A stretch of 64,000 nt of DNA from Schmidtea nova (Eukaryota): NCBI GenBank assembly GCA_044892505.1, contig CM097883.1, positions 31,186,001-31,250,000 on the forward strand, given 5' to 3'. Below, piece after piece: positions 51,141-63,963 of this stretch. How positions within the stretch are numbered: the stretch's first letter is position 1; every line of letters starts with the position of its first letter. Under the pieces are notes generated by a model. It was given only the letters and a program-made list of their open reading frames with translations. It was not told where the DNA came from and made no database searches. A program made the translations under genes and the position numbers.

Positions 51141-53826
51141 TAGAGATTCCAATGCCGATTATCGAGTACCCGAGTACTCGATTTTTTTAACTTATTTTCG
51201 AGTACTCGACTACTCGAAAAAATCAAACCCGATATCAAGTATCAATTTTTAAAAAAATACACTTGTTTTTTTTCAAAATGTAAATCCGAAAACGGAGTAG
51301 GCGAAGCAATGAAAATGTTTATATGATGATTTAAATTATTTTTTTCATTCATTTAGTGATTTTCAGTTAAAAAGTTGTCATTTGTTTAATTTTTTTTATT
51401 GGTGCACGTGCAGTTAAGTGTTTATAATTACATAAAAAAATTAGTTAATGATAAAACAAAATACCGATTTTTACATCCTGTTTGTGTTATATTGAATAAT
51501 TAGTAAGTAAATAACAATACATATATTTGAACATATTAATTAAATATTATATTTTTTAACCATTTTTAAAAAAGTTGATATATTACTATAAATTATATAA
51601 ACGAAAGTTATGTTCAAATTGTTTTAAGCATATATTTATATTGTTATAAGTAAAAATTAGTATATTTTTGTTTTATTATAGTTTTAACCACAAGAAAAAA
51701 TGACATCGAATAAATCTTTAGTGTGGGATCATTTTATTAAAAAAGGAAAATCTGAGGCAATATGCAATACATGTCAAACCATCATCCAACGTTCATCATC
51801 TAATACAACTGGTATGATTAACCATTTGAAAATACACAAGATTTCGTTGCTAAAAACGAAAAATGATGACTTGATCGATGCAGCTTCAAAAAAATCTAAA
51901 ATGGATAGTAGTGGTATATTAAAATTTGTTAGTCCGGAAACATTAGAAGAAATATTGGCAAAATGTGCTGCAAAAAGCGGTTTTAGTATAAAAGGCATAG
52001 TATCATCTGAAGCCATTAAAGGGTTTATACAGAGTCGCGGTTACACCATGCCGAAAAGCGAAACAACAGTAATAAAATACGTAATGAAGTTTTACGAAGA
52101 CAAGAAAGCCGAAATGAAAGTTGCGTTATTGCTCCAAATTAAATCTGGAAACAGGTTTAGTATAACTGTAGACGAATGGAGTGACATTAACATGAGAAGG
52201 TTTATAAATGTTACACTCCACTCATCAGTTAGAGCATATGTTCTTGGACTTGTTCCTATTATAGGGTCTTGTGATTCTGACGCCACTATTTCGTTAGTTA
52301 CACAAAAACTCAAAGAATTCGGTATCAATTTAGATTCTGATATTGTAGCTTCAACTAATGACGGAGCTGCAGTAATGGTGAAATATGGCAGGAATATTGC
52401 AGCTGCATGTCAGTTATGCATAAACCATGGAATTCATCTTGGTGTCATTGATGTATTTTATAAGAAAAATATGAATATAATAGAGGTGGAGACAAATGAT
52501 GAAGATGAAGACGCAGAATATGAAGATGATGATGATGGTATAGATTATAATGACATAGCTGACAATAACAAATTTGCTGTGGATGGAAATTTAAATTTTG
52601 AAGTAGAAAATCTAAATGAATTGCCGCAAATACGTGCAGACATTGGAATAGTTCTTGGTGAGACAAGAAAAATTATAAAGTTTTTCAAAAGATCATGTGT
52701 TCGAAGCTGTATTCTTCAAAAACATGTTTTAGAACAGGAAGGTACAAAATTACGACTACTTCTTGATTGCAGAACTCGATGGAATTCTATTATTCCTATG
52801 GTAAATCGTTTCTTAAAATTAATTAATTGCATTAACTTCGCTTTAGAAGAGCTAGGTAAAGAAAAGTTTCGAGAGGAAAACATTATTATTTTGAAGGGGA
52901 TATCTGAAGTTTTACAGCCTGTAGAGCTAGCTGTTAATGAGTTGAGCAAAGAAGACAGCAATTTACTTAAAGCAGAAGGAGTTTGTATATTTCTTTTGAA
53001 CAAGCTACAAGATGCAAATAAAGATATTGCCACTGAATTAAAAATTGCTTTGAAAAGGCGATTTGATGAAAGAAGGCAAAAGGATTTAATATCATTAATG
53101 TTATTTTTACAAACTGGTACCTATCCACAATCTAATGAACATTTTTCATATTCATCAAAAAATATAATAAAATCATCGGCTAAAGAATATTTTAAACGAT
53201 TATTTAATTGTGGCGATGAAGGCGAAAATAGTCAGGAAGAAGATGATGATTCAGATTCGCAATCGGATATGACTATGGAACATTCTGCGTATGATGAACT
53301 GCAAAAAACAATTATGAGTGTTATGAAGGTTCCCAAAGTTAGTTACTCAAAATTATTATTATTGGAGCGAGAGCTAAAACTATTTAATTGTGATCAATGT
53401 AAACGAGGCGAGCATATGGAAAAATTATACCAAGCATTGCTTACAATCCCACCAACTTCAACTGCCAGTGAGCGAGTGTTTTCAGTAGCATCAAATTTTA
53501 TTACAAAACTACGTTCTCAAATGAAAACGAATACTTTAAATGGTCTTGTATTCCTTATATACTATTTTTTATCTAATAAATAAAACCATTAAATTAAATC
53601 CGAAATTTTGAATTACATTTTTCATATTTAGTTATTTTTTATATTTCTTTTCATTAAATACAATATATTTCAGAACTAACCAAATAAAACCATTTAATTA
53701 ATTACAAATTTTTGAGTTTTGTTTTGTCATTCATTTTTACCCGAAAACCCGAGTTACTCGGGTTGTGTAAGTATAAATTACTCGAATACTCGAGTAATCT
53801 AAAATCCGAGTAATCTGGATTCTCTA
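51141..53826 (+). mobile_element. Full-length autonomous hAT transposon (2,686 bp)
   Basis: TIR TAGAGA(T/A)TCCA. Exact 8-bp TSD ATCATTGT (51133-51140, 53827-53834). Subterminal TACTCG/CGAGTA repeats at both ends. Confidence 0.96.
51700..53583 (+). CDS. hAT transposase with BED zinc finger, 627 aa, uninterrupted
   Basis: BED finger (VWDHF...CNTC...NHLKIH), TVDEWSD, TNDGAAVM, CINHGIH, RTRWNS, C-terminal PPTSTASERVFS dimerisation domain. Confidence 0.96.
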   Translation: MTSNKSLVWDHFIKKGKSEAICNTCQTIIQRSSSNTTGMINHLKIHKISLLKTKNDDLIDAASKKSKMDSSGILKFVSPETLEEILAKCAAKSGFSIKGIVSSEAIKGFIQSRGYTMPKSETTVIKYVMKFYEDKKAEMKVALLLQIKSGNRFSITVDEWSDINMRRFINVTLHSSVRAYVLGLVPIIGSCDSDATISLVTQKLKEFGINLDSDIVASTNDGAAVMVKYGRNIAAACQLCINHGIHLGVIDVFYKKNMNIIEVETNDEDEDAEYEDDDDGIDYNDIADNNKFAVDGNLNFEVENLNELPQIRADIGIVLGETRKIIKFFKRSCVRSCILQKHVLEQEGTKLRLLLDCRTRWNSIIPMVNRFLKLINCINFALEELGKEKFREENIIILKGISEVLQPVELAVNELSKEDSNLLKAEGVCIFLLNKLQDANKDIATELKIALKRRFDERRQKDLISLMLFLQTGTYPQSNEHFSYSSKNIIKSSAKEYFKRLFNCGDEGENSQEEDDDSDSQSDMTMEHSAYDELQKTIMSVMKVPKVSYSKLLLLERELKLFNCDQCKRGEHMEKLYQALLTIPPTSTASERVFSVASNFITKLRSQMKTNTLNGLVFLIYYFLSNK

Positions 53827-56229
53827 ATCATTGTATAAAGATTTTATGTAGTGCAGCCCCTGGGGTTATGCTTTTAGTCACACACGGCCCGCGTTAGACT
53901 TTGAGTTTGAGACCCTTGGTCTAAACAGTGGGGACCGGGTTCTTTTACAAAAACTATGATTAGAAAAGAATTTACTGATATTTTACAATTTATCCGCTTC
54001 GATAGAAAAAATGAATGAAGTGTCCGGCTACAAACGGATTAATTTGCAATGATCTCAGATGTTTGGAATTCACTCATTGAAAATAACCAGAATTGCTACG
54101 TTCCCGGACAAAACATTACAGTTGATGAACATTTGATCCCAACCAAAGCGAGATGCCAATTCACTCAATACAGGCCAAACAAACCCAATAAGTTCGGAAT
54201 AAAATTTTGGTTAACATCTGATCTCAAAAGTAAATTTATTATAAATGGGTTCCCGTATTTGGGAAAGGCCAAAACAAGACAGCCGTCAATTTCTTTGAGC
54301 GAGTTAGTTGTCCTACAATTAATTGAACCGTTTACCGGTGCTGAACAAATGTTACCACTGATAACCCTTTTACCAGCAAATCGCTAGCATCAAAATTATT
54401 GGAAAAACGCGCAATTTTAATTGGAACAAGTAGTGCAAAAAAAAGAGAATTGCTGAAACTTGCTAAAAAAAGATAATTGACCTCGATTTTCATCAATAAT
54501 TTATAAAACAAGTAATTGTACTTTAACAGTATATGAATTTACGCCAACTAAAAACGCGCTTCTACTGAGTTCGAAACATAATTCAGTCCACATTGAAAAA
54601 GACAAAGAATAAATTGCCTGAAACTATCATATTTTATAATCAAACCAAATTCAGGGTAGACATGGCGGGTCAAATGCCCAGAAAATAGTGTCAAATCGGG
54701 ATCTCGAAGATGACCTCTTTCAAAAAGATTTCAATATTCACGACTTTGGAGCAATAAATGGGTGGACTTTATATAATGAAATAACCGGAGAAAATATATC
54801 GAGAAAAGATTTTTTTCTTAATTTCCAAACGGAAAATCTAAATTATAAAAGTGTTAATAGAATAAAAAAAAATTTCTAAAAAATTAAACTTTTTTATATT
54901 TCAATTGGAAATTGGAAAAAAACTTAAAGTAATAAAATGTATGTTTTACACAAGGGTTACACGATTACTGACTTATTCAGACTTTCAAAACCTAGTAAAA
55001 TTAATATAATGAGAAATTCTCAAAACGTCAGGTCTTTTCTATTTGGCATGTCTAAAAGTTTCTATACACACACGCACACTACCATCACTGGATTACCTGA
55101 TTTTGGAAAACTGGTTACTGTTGCATATCACATATCTAGAAATCATTTATGAAGTGTAATTTGGTTCCGGTTTACATCGTGTTTCACTCAATGTGGTCAC
55201 TTATAATAATTAATAAGTCCATACTATAGAAAAATACACACCTACCTGTACCTTATTCATTGCGGTTTTACTCAAAAGGGTCATTAATTATGTTGTAGAA
55301 AAAGAAATAGAAAAAAACAAGCACATACAAACACAAAACAAAGAAGAAAATAGATGTAAACTTTCAGATGAGTTAATTGTTTCATTCAAAAGGGTCACAA
55401 TATAAAATTTTAATCATCAGAAATATTAAAAATTAAAATGGAGGATAAAATTTCTATAATTGAATCTGAGGACTCTACCTTGAGTTTTCGTGAAAATTGT
55501 TAAGGTTGATAAATAAACAGAAAATAAAATTAAAAAGCACAAAAACTATGTGCAAAATCAATAAAAATACGAAAATTGGAAAAATAATAATTAAAGTTGA
55601 AACATTAATTACAATTTTATAAAAATTTAAAATAACGATTTAGAGGGTTAAACTGGTATTGGAGGATGCCAAATGATGAAACGAATTCAAATATGGGTAT
55701 ATAAAATAAAAAAGGGACCCCCAGAAAGAAATAGTAAGAAAATACAAATTAATTAAAATAATTATTTACTTAATAAGAAACCCGAACTAATGGGAAACAC
55801 AGAGCATCAACAAATCTAATAATTAGGAAAATAAATTGACGAATTGAAGGGTGCCCCGTGAAAAACTGCAAACCAACTTAGCGGTAACTCCCAATTTAAT
55901 TATTCATTTGACAGATCTATTAAAGCGCGGCTGAACTGAGTCACAAGGTACTTTATAAATTGAGAGCAATTTGCCGAGATTGCCAGTTGATCGAAAAAAA
56001 TATTTAAAGAGTTGAGCGAGAAATCTGAAAGTGGAAAAGGAAGCTTAAACGGTAATTCAAAGTTATAGAGTATCGATTTATCAATTTTCGGCGTACCAGA
56101 AAGAAAGATCTCCCAATGGGTCTTCTTCCCTAACGCAGAGTGAAGAGTATTTATAACTTCCTGTGATTGATATTTTTGTGATTGAATTGGAGAAATAAAA
56201 ATTATTGTGTTGAGTCTAATTTGTTGTTT

Positions 56230-56780
56230 TGAAAAAAAACACAAGAGTCAGACACCAACCGACTATTCATTAATAACCCAACAAAATGATGAAATATCAT
56301 CGTAAGTATTATATATTAAGTTATAATAAATTTATGTTTCAAAAAATTTCAGAAAATTCACTGTAAAAATTTTCCATTTTGTGAAGATGAATTTGGAATA
56401 TGGTATCCCTTATTTTTATTTATTAGAATATTTACTATGTTCTTAGCCTTTCAGATATTCCAGGTACCTCGACCAACTGCACTGCATCCGATACCCGAAC
56501 AAATGTTCGAATATCGTAAGTTGAAATAATATACATAAAAAGTTATTAGATTTTTATTGCATTTCAGATGTCAACAATGCAATGAAAAATAAACAAGACT
56601 ACTTTCATTTGGGAAGTTTACTTGGGATATCAAAAAGTTAGATAAGAAAAATATTTTATAAATATAAAAATATGGCCATCTAGCAAAAAACAGAAAAGGC
56701 GACAGCAAGCCTCAAAGATTTGTGTTTTATAAATAAATCATCAATGATTGCAATTTACTTTGAATGTAAATAAATTCAAA
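56230..56780 (+). pseudogene. Short-exon remnant ending in helical-domain paralog C
   Basis: GTAAGT donors near 56302 and 56516, TTTCAG acceptors. Last exon DVNNAMKNKQDYFHLGSLLGISKS*IRKIFYKYK. Confidence 0.4.
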
Positions 56781-57082
56781 GATTTCTTTTAAGTCATAAT
56801 TTTTTACAGTGATTAAAAATAAAATTGTAGAGCACAGATGATCTATTAATGCTTTTAGTGATCTCATATCATTATCAGATCAAAATAAAATCCTTAAAAG
56901 TTATTCTAATAAATTAAATTACCCGAAAGCTATTTTAAAATGGCTGATGCAAAAAGTTTTTAAAAGATGATTAATAATGACCTTGAACGCGTCACACTCA
57001 CGTGCATTATAGGCAAGACTATTGAGTGTAACACGGTGTATAACTAAGGTGCAAATTGTGTTGCTTAAATAATAAAATTTAG

Positions 57083-57821
57083 GGCACGATTGACTTATAT
57101 GTAAGTGGTGGAAAAATATGTAAGTCCAATGAAAAACATTAAATTTAACAACAATTTAACTTTTTCAATAAACATTAAATTAAAAAACATTAAATTTAAA
57201 AAATACTAAAACATTTTTTAGAGCATTACAACAATTTAACTATTTCAATAAACATTAAATAATCATGATATTCAAAGAACTTAAACTTTTCTCGGAAACA
57301 AAATTCATCAACATATGATGAAAGTTTTGATCGTCGAACATAATTTTTTGCTCGGAGCATGTCTTTTAGTCTTCTCCAAACGCACTCAATGTTCTGCGTA
57401 TGAGCACCTGAATTGGGATCCACAAAGTTTTCTTTGTGTTTAACAGCTAAATGGGAATAATTACAGTTATTTTCTGAAAAGAAGCTCATATTTTTTTCGA
57501 ACACATTTAACTCTTGAAGAAACCTAATGATTTCTTCAGGTTGAATTGTCGAATTTGCCTTGATTCTTTCAAAGAGCAGATGAAACATGGGCAAATATTT
57601 TTTTAAGGTAAAAAGCTTATGTTTTAACCAGTTTTATTAAAAATATTAAGTTATAAATTCTTGAAAATGAAATAAATCAATTTATAAATATGTACTTATA
57701 AGCTTATAATTTTTAATATTAATAAATTTTGTAAGAGTTTAAAAAATGATTTAGTATTTTTGAAATTTAATTTTTTAAACTTACATATTTTTCCACCACT
57801 TACATATAAGTCAATCGTGCC
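57083..57821 (-). mobile_element. Merlin (IS1595/IS1016-like) non-autonomous element
   Basis: TIR GGCACGATTGACTTATATGTAAGTGGTGGAAAAATATGTAAGT. Exact 8-bp TSD AAATTTAG. Internal ORF 57226-57594 carries VKHKENFVDPNSGAHTQNIECVW...YVDEFCFR, the Merlin transposase C-terminus. Confidence 0.92.
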
Positions 57822-58480
57822 AAATTTAGTATTTGAACAGTTTCTGAGTGTTTACATCTAATTGTAAACCGTGTCGCATTTATCAATGAAATGTATTTGA
57901 AATAATTTCATATTTTTTACTAAAGTTCTTTTTGAATCCAAATTAATCGAAATAAATTTGTCTATTTTTTCACGGACTGCTTTTTTGTCTATGGCACTCA
58001 CTGCTAACAAATTGAATTTTATGTCAGCATAGACGAATAAGAATTTTATGTGATTATTAAATAATTAGAAATTAATTACACTAAAATTGAATTAATATCC
58101 AGTAATTCACCTAAGTCAAGGAATATTTTATTTTTTACGATTTATGTATTATATAGGGTTTCTCATTTGATAAAATGATCTTTGCATTAGGAAGTGGTAA
58201 CATTTCATTTATTTGTGGTTTTGGTATTTGTGATAATTTATTTATAATTATTTTTAGATGAATTTTAATACAAATTTAAAGTATAAGAGACCAAGTAAAG
58301 AGTAAAGTATAAACATTTATTTTGTATTAAATTCTTTTAAAAACTAATTATAAATAAATTATCACAATTAGCAAAAATCACTAATAAATGAAAATTTAAC
58401 ATTATCTAATGCAAAAGTCATACGATCTATTTAAAATGGTGATTCCTTGGTAGCAGCAATAATTATTAAATAAATTAATA

Positions 58481-58585
58481 AATAAGTAACAAAATAAGCC
58501 TTTGCTGCAAAAACAATTTTATTAAGTGAGAAAATTTTCCATTATAAAATTGTTTTTGCAACAAAGGCTTATTTTGTTACTTATT
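58481..58585. repeat. Near-perfect ~105-bp hairpin
   Basis: ~43-bp arms AATAAGTAACAAAATAAGCCTTTG(C/T)TGCAAAAACAATTTTAT with one mismatch. A single-arm homologue sits at ~41770-41835. Confidence 0.85.
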
Positions 58586-59099
58586 GATTGATCTTACTAT
58601 TTATTTAAGAGAAAATACTTGCAAATGAGAAAATTCACTAAAAGGAAAACATTTTTCAAAGTGAAAATCATTGTGGAATGTGTTTCAATGGTGAATTATC
58701 AGGTTGTATATCTATTAAAAAGTATTTCGGTGGATTTTATTCAATACTCATTAATTCCAATAAATTAGTGATTTTCTATGAAAGATTTAAAGTGTCTTTA
58801 ACCACTTGAATATAGAAGTTTTGATGGATTGTAGTTGATTGTCATTAAATTATAGTACTTTTTAACGATTTTTATGAAAATTTTAAAGTCATCTAGTAAC
58901 TTGTACGACAATAATAGGACAAATGGTGGTAATGGTGATAAATAATTCATTGACTAATTAAATTTCTTTTAAATTATAGTTTTTTATTACAGTGATATTT
59001 TTAATTTGTAGTGTATAGAAAGATTTATTCAGTTTTCAGTATGAAATATCAAAGTAGGATCCATTTTTAATTTTGGTTTAAAAAATATTCTCATTAAGC

Positions 59100-59471
59100 T
59101 TACTGTAGGAATACAATTAATTTGATAAAAGCCGGATAGACATAAAATATAGTCTGAATTAACATCGAGTGCATCTTTGACAGTCTAGGCCGTTGATGTT
59201 TATCCATTTTAGATCCAGCATCATTACTCGTTGTTGAGCAGTTTATTTGGTTAGATTCATTACTTGGCATGCTGAGAAATGCGTGTGACCCAACAAGATA
59301 TGAAATTGGATTGTTAGATTGATCAGTTCGAGTCAACATTTGATTAGATTGTGACGCAGCAGTTTGAGTGGTTTCTGATGGATTCATTAACGGCATTGTG
59401 ACAATGTTTGGCAACATCATTGATTGTTGATATTGGGAAAATTTATTAATGTTGGTTGGAAGAAATTGCAT
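59100..59471 (-). other. Candidate host exon/ORF, Q/S/N-rich, unassigned
   Basis: 123-codon ORF with higher GC than its flanks. No domain recognised. An in-frame stop lies just upstream. Confidence 0.3.
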
Positions 59472-60874
59472 TAGTTCTTGTTAGACCATGTTGGATTTAT
59501 TTTTAAAAAGAGAAAAAAAGTAAATATTAAAACAAAGCTATTTAAATCTTCCATTCAATAATTATTTAATAAATTAATTAATTAAAGAGAAATTTATAAT
59601 TTAAGGCACTACACTTACATTCATTTAAATAAAGATTTCAATAGTAAACAATCAATCAATCAAATTTGGATATTCGTATTTTTTAATTAAGGGTAAATAT
59701 CTTTGTAACTGAGTCGTTTTATGAGAAGTTTATATCAATTTATTCATTTTCATAAATATATAAAACATTTAATTGAAGAAAATAGTAACCAAATTATCAC
59801 TCTTTACACGTAATAAAAAATATATAACTAAAGAATTATTTAATTACTGTCACTTTTTATCTATATTATTTATAGAAATTTATAGCAATTTGATGGTAAT
59901 TTATAAAAAAATAGTTGGTTGCATAGTTATTTTGTTAGTAGGTTAACTGGTTAGTAACTTAATATATTCAATAGATTTCGGTCATAGTGGTATCTTTACC
60001 AAATTACAGATGCCAGTTAGGTAACATTTTTGAGTAAATTGAAATCTTATAGGGTTTTATAGCTTCATATGTTTCCACGTATAATGTAATGTCCTATAGG
60101 CTAGTCGTAAATACTAATAAGATAATGTGATGACAGTAGGTGTTATGAAATGCAAGTTAACTACTGATTAGGGTGTTAATGAATGCAAACAAGATAAATT
60201 AATAAAGGGTTGTAAATTGCAAAATAAACTAATTACTACTGCAAGGTGACGTGAATTGCAAGTAAATGTTTAGTACGGTACGGTGCTATCAGTTGCAAAT
60301 AATTTATGCTATAAGATGTTATCAACTGCAAATAAAATAATTAATTATCAGATATTATAAATTTGTGAACTAATTACCGTGATAGAGTATTAATATTTGT
60401 AATTAAGTTGAGTATAAGATGTTATGAGTTGCAAGATAGTGATAGTGATAGGTTTGGTTGATGGATATTGGAGAAGGAATATGTGAAGGAATATTCGTTT
60501 TAGGTATATGGGGTGTTATTGGATGAAACGGCAAGAAGGGTGTTAAATATTTAGTTTTACGAGTAGTGAATTAACTATTATGGGTGTTGATAAATGGATT
60601 TTTCTATAGATTCTATGGATGTAGTATGCTGTGTATGGAATGTTAATGAGTGAAACGATATGATTTGTATGCGTTTATAAATGAATAAAGTTTCGAGTGC
60701 AGTATTAGATATAGATGATGATTGTTGACTGAACCGATTTAATTGATTGTGAATAGGAATGTTCTGAAATGCAAGTAAATTCTGTTAACGGATGTTGTTA
60801 TTTGTAAATATACTTTTATAGATTAAATATATACTTTTAATATACTCTTAATATACTTTTAATATACTTTTAAT

Positions 60875-61460
60875 CAGGAGTGGGCTGCCAAATTTTGAAC
60901 GACCGGCTCGCTATTATTTCGAAGATAAAAAACAGTAATTGAGTACAATGTCTTCATTTATTTTTGTACAGTATAAGATATATTATATATTATATATTTT
61001 ATGCTGTACTATATGCTGTATTATATGCTGTACTATATGCTGTACTCCACCCCTGTCTAATTATTAGACTAATTAGTATTGTATTTTGCATTGTCAATTC
61101 ACCAAACAAAGTAAGTTTTGATAGTAAATATAATCTGTAGAAAACAAACAAATTATAAAATAAAGTTGCATGTAACGAATGAAATAATAAAGCGGGCGAT
61201 ACCATGTGCAGTGTGCCGAAGCTCCACAACTTGTGGCTCACTCAAAAGCAAGAGCCAAGCACTTCGTATTTTACGTACACACATGATATGTTTGAAAGTA
61301 TGTGGCACATCGGCGAGATGTGCATATTCTGCATAAACATACTATTAAAATGGCTTATTTTTTGGTTTTAGGGGTAATTTAACAAGCGGCTCACCGAGTT
61401 TAAAATATTTTAACAACCGGCTCGCGCGAGCCGGACCGAGCAGGCTCCAGCTCACCCCTG
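60875..61460. mobile_element. hAT MITE
   Basis: TIR CAGGAGTGGGCTG / CAGCTCACCCCTG. Exact 8-bp TSD CTTTTAAT. Confidence 0.9.
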
Positions 61461-63594
61461 CTTTTAATATACTTTTATAGATTAAACAATCAGTTTTCAG
61501 TGTGATAATTTGATGCGGTGATGTTGTTGAATGAAACGACGTAGTTTATTGCAATTATAGTTGAATACAAATTTATGTAGATTTCCTGAGTGTTGTATAT
61601 ACCATACGGGATGCTAATGAGTGAAAAGGATGTATTAGCCTGCAAATATTATTTTATGGTTATTTCTTACATTAGGAGGGCTCTTTTTGAAATTATATAT
61701 ATATATATATATATATATAGTAAAGGTTATATCTAGTTGTTATTTTTATGATTATTATTGTAATTATCATTATTATTATTGCTAGCGCCGTCATTATTAT
61801 GGTCGGTGTCCTTGCGGACACCGGATAACCTCCCTTTTTATTTATTATGTAAAAGTAATTAAAATATTAAATTCAAAAATCAAAATCAATTCCTATAGTA
61901 ATAAAATTACTATAGGAATTTGACAATTGGAATTAAACATTTAAAATTAATATAAGATTTATAAAGCGAAAAAAGATAAAGCAAATTACGATAGGAAAAG
62001 CTTAGAAACGTGGCCAAGCCAAAAGACAAAAGTAACACAAAGAGATATAAACTGAAAGAGAAACAACAGAAAAGGAAAAAGGAAAAGATTGCCATCAGCT
62101 TACCTACTCAATTTGACTAAGTTTCAAAGGAGGTTTTAAAGGAGTTTCAAAGAAATCTTTAAAGAAGATATTAAAAGAAATTTATCAAGGAATTTCTGAA
62201 TTTATGACTGAATGAACCAAATGAATTTGATTAGAAGTTATTAAACGAATATCCTTTGATCTATCTTCTAACATAAATTACCAGAAGTTGTCTAGCGAAA
62301 GATATTTGTTTTATTCCCAACCGATCTATAAAGTAACGTTTCTTTAATATAATTTCTTTGAAGTTGATTGTGTTATTTTGTTTTTGATTTATTGATTATT
62401 TGTATTTTCGCTCGCTAATACACACACAGGCACCCCGAGTGTCCCCACAAGATTTGGTTTTTGGGAAGACTCTCTCGGGCTCTTCAAGTTCCTAAAATCT
62501 ACATACAATCTACAGATAATCTACATATAATCTACATACAATCTATAAACAGTCTCCAATAAACAAAACTATATATATATATATATATATATGAAATAAT
62601 TTTGGGAATTTTATGAAATAAAATTTCAATTGCAATATTTATAATTTTCCTGTACTAATTAAGGTAAATTTAAATTTTTATAAAATTTTATATAAAAATA
62701 TAAAGATTTTAGATTTATAAATTTTATACTATATAAGTTCGATTCAGATTTTTAAGGTTTTCTTAATATATTACTTTTAATAATCGAATTATACATTTAT
62801 AAAAATAAATTTTGAATCATGCAAATTTTCCAAATAAAATATACATAAAATTTTCAAAGTAATTCTTTTGGAAATCTCGCATACTCAAAATTATAGATCA
62901 AAAGGTAAAAGTATTTAAGAATACTTTTCCGATTTAAGGTGAAATTCAACTGGATAATATCAAATATAATCTTAAAATATAATACAATCTAAATATTTCT
63001 ATTACACTTGAGTTACCAGTAGATATTTTCATAAATTCGATTTTCTAAATGACTTTGCCATTTCTTTACTGATGAGGTGAAGAAAATGTTCATGTGAGTG
63101 AAGATAATTTACGAGATGGACGTGTAATTTCGATAACTTTGATTGTGTCAGAATTTTTGTGTAGTTAAGAGAATTATGAAGATTGGTATAAATGAATATA
63201 AATACTATACTATAATAAAATAATAGTTTGCGTATTTGAATATCGTATAGCAAGTAGAGTAGGGGGAGCGCCCAAGAACAGGAACAGACCCCCCTCCCCC
63301 CTAAAAATTTTTTTACCCCCCCAAAAAAAATTTTTTTGTTTAAATAAAGTGAATTTTTTAAATTTTTTATTTTGTTTAAATTAAGTGAATTTTTATTTTG
63401 TTTATATGAAGTGAATTTTTTAATTTTAATTTTTTGTTTAAATGAAGTGAATTTAATTTATTATTTNNNNNNNNNNNNNNNNNNNNNNNNNNNNNNNNNN
63501 NNNNNNNNNNNNNNNNNNNNNNNNNNNNNNNNNNNNNNNNNNNNNNNNNNNNNNNNNNNNNNNNNNNNNNNNNNNNNNNNNNNNNNNNNNNNNN

Positions 63595-63963
63595 TATATT
63601 AATTATTAATTTATTTTTAATAATTTATTTTTAATAATTTATTTTTAATAATTTATTTTTATTTATTTTTATTTATTTTAATAATTTATTTTTAATTTTA
63701 ATAATTTATTTATTTATTTTTAGTTTTTAATAATTTATTTTTATTTATTTTAATTAATTTATATTTATTTTTAATTTATTTAAATTAATTTTTATATTTT
63801 CGGTTCAGTTTGAATAATAATAAAAACTTAGAAAAATTTTTAAAATAATAATAATAATAAAAATAATAATAAAAACTTAGAAAAATTTTTAAAATAATAA
63901 TAAAAACTTATAAAAATTTTTAAAATAATAATAATAATAATAAAAACTTAGAAAAATTTTTAA

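Larger units (their letters stand above)
50801..53918. mobile_element. hAT (Charlie-like) MITE interrupted by an autonomous hAT
   Basis: Ends CATGGGTCTTAAA...GCGGCCCGCGGGCCGCATGCGG and GAGTTTGAGACCCTTG. Exact 8-bp TSD GTCTAAAC (50793-50800, 53919-53926). Confidence 0.9.
49739..54880 (+). mobile_element. Decayed piggyBac element (host of nested hAT insertions)
   Basis: TTAA then CCCTAGAACTACC left end. PGBD-type remnants GPTGYAKQNI, LWSK|QWGP...LQFIRFD (continuous across the insertion) and ITVDEHL...KPNKFGIKFWL. Right end not confidently located. Confidence 0.8.

Noticed and set aside
55640-55651. TAGAGGG-TTAA as the right end of the piggyBac at 49739
   Set aside because: Only CCCT matches the left TIR (CCCTAGAACTACC versus CCCTCTAAATCG), which is insufficient.
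58590-60800. Possible homology to the 9637-14210 foldback element
   Set aside because: Similar strand-biased composition, but no alignable block could be confirmed by eye.
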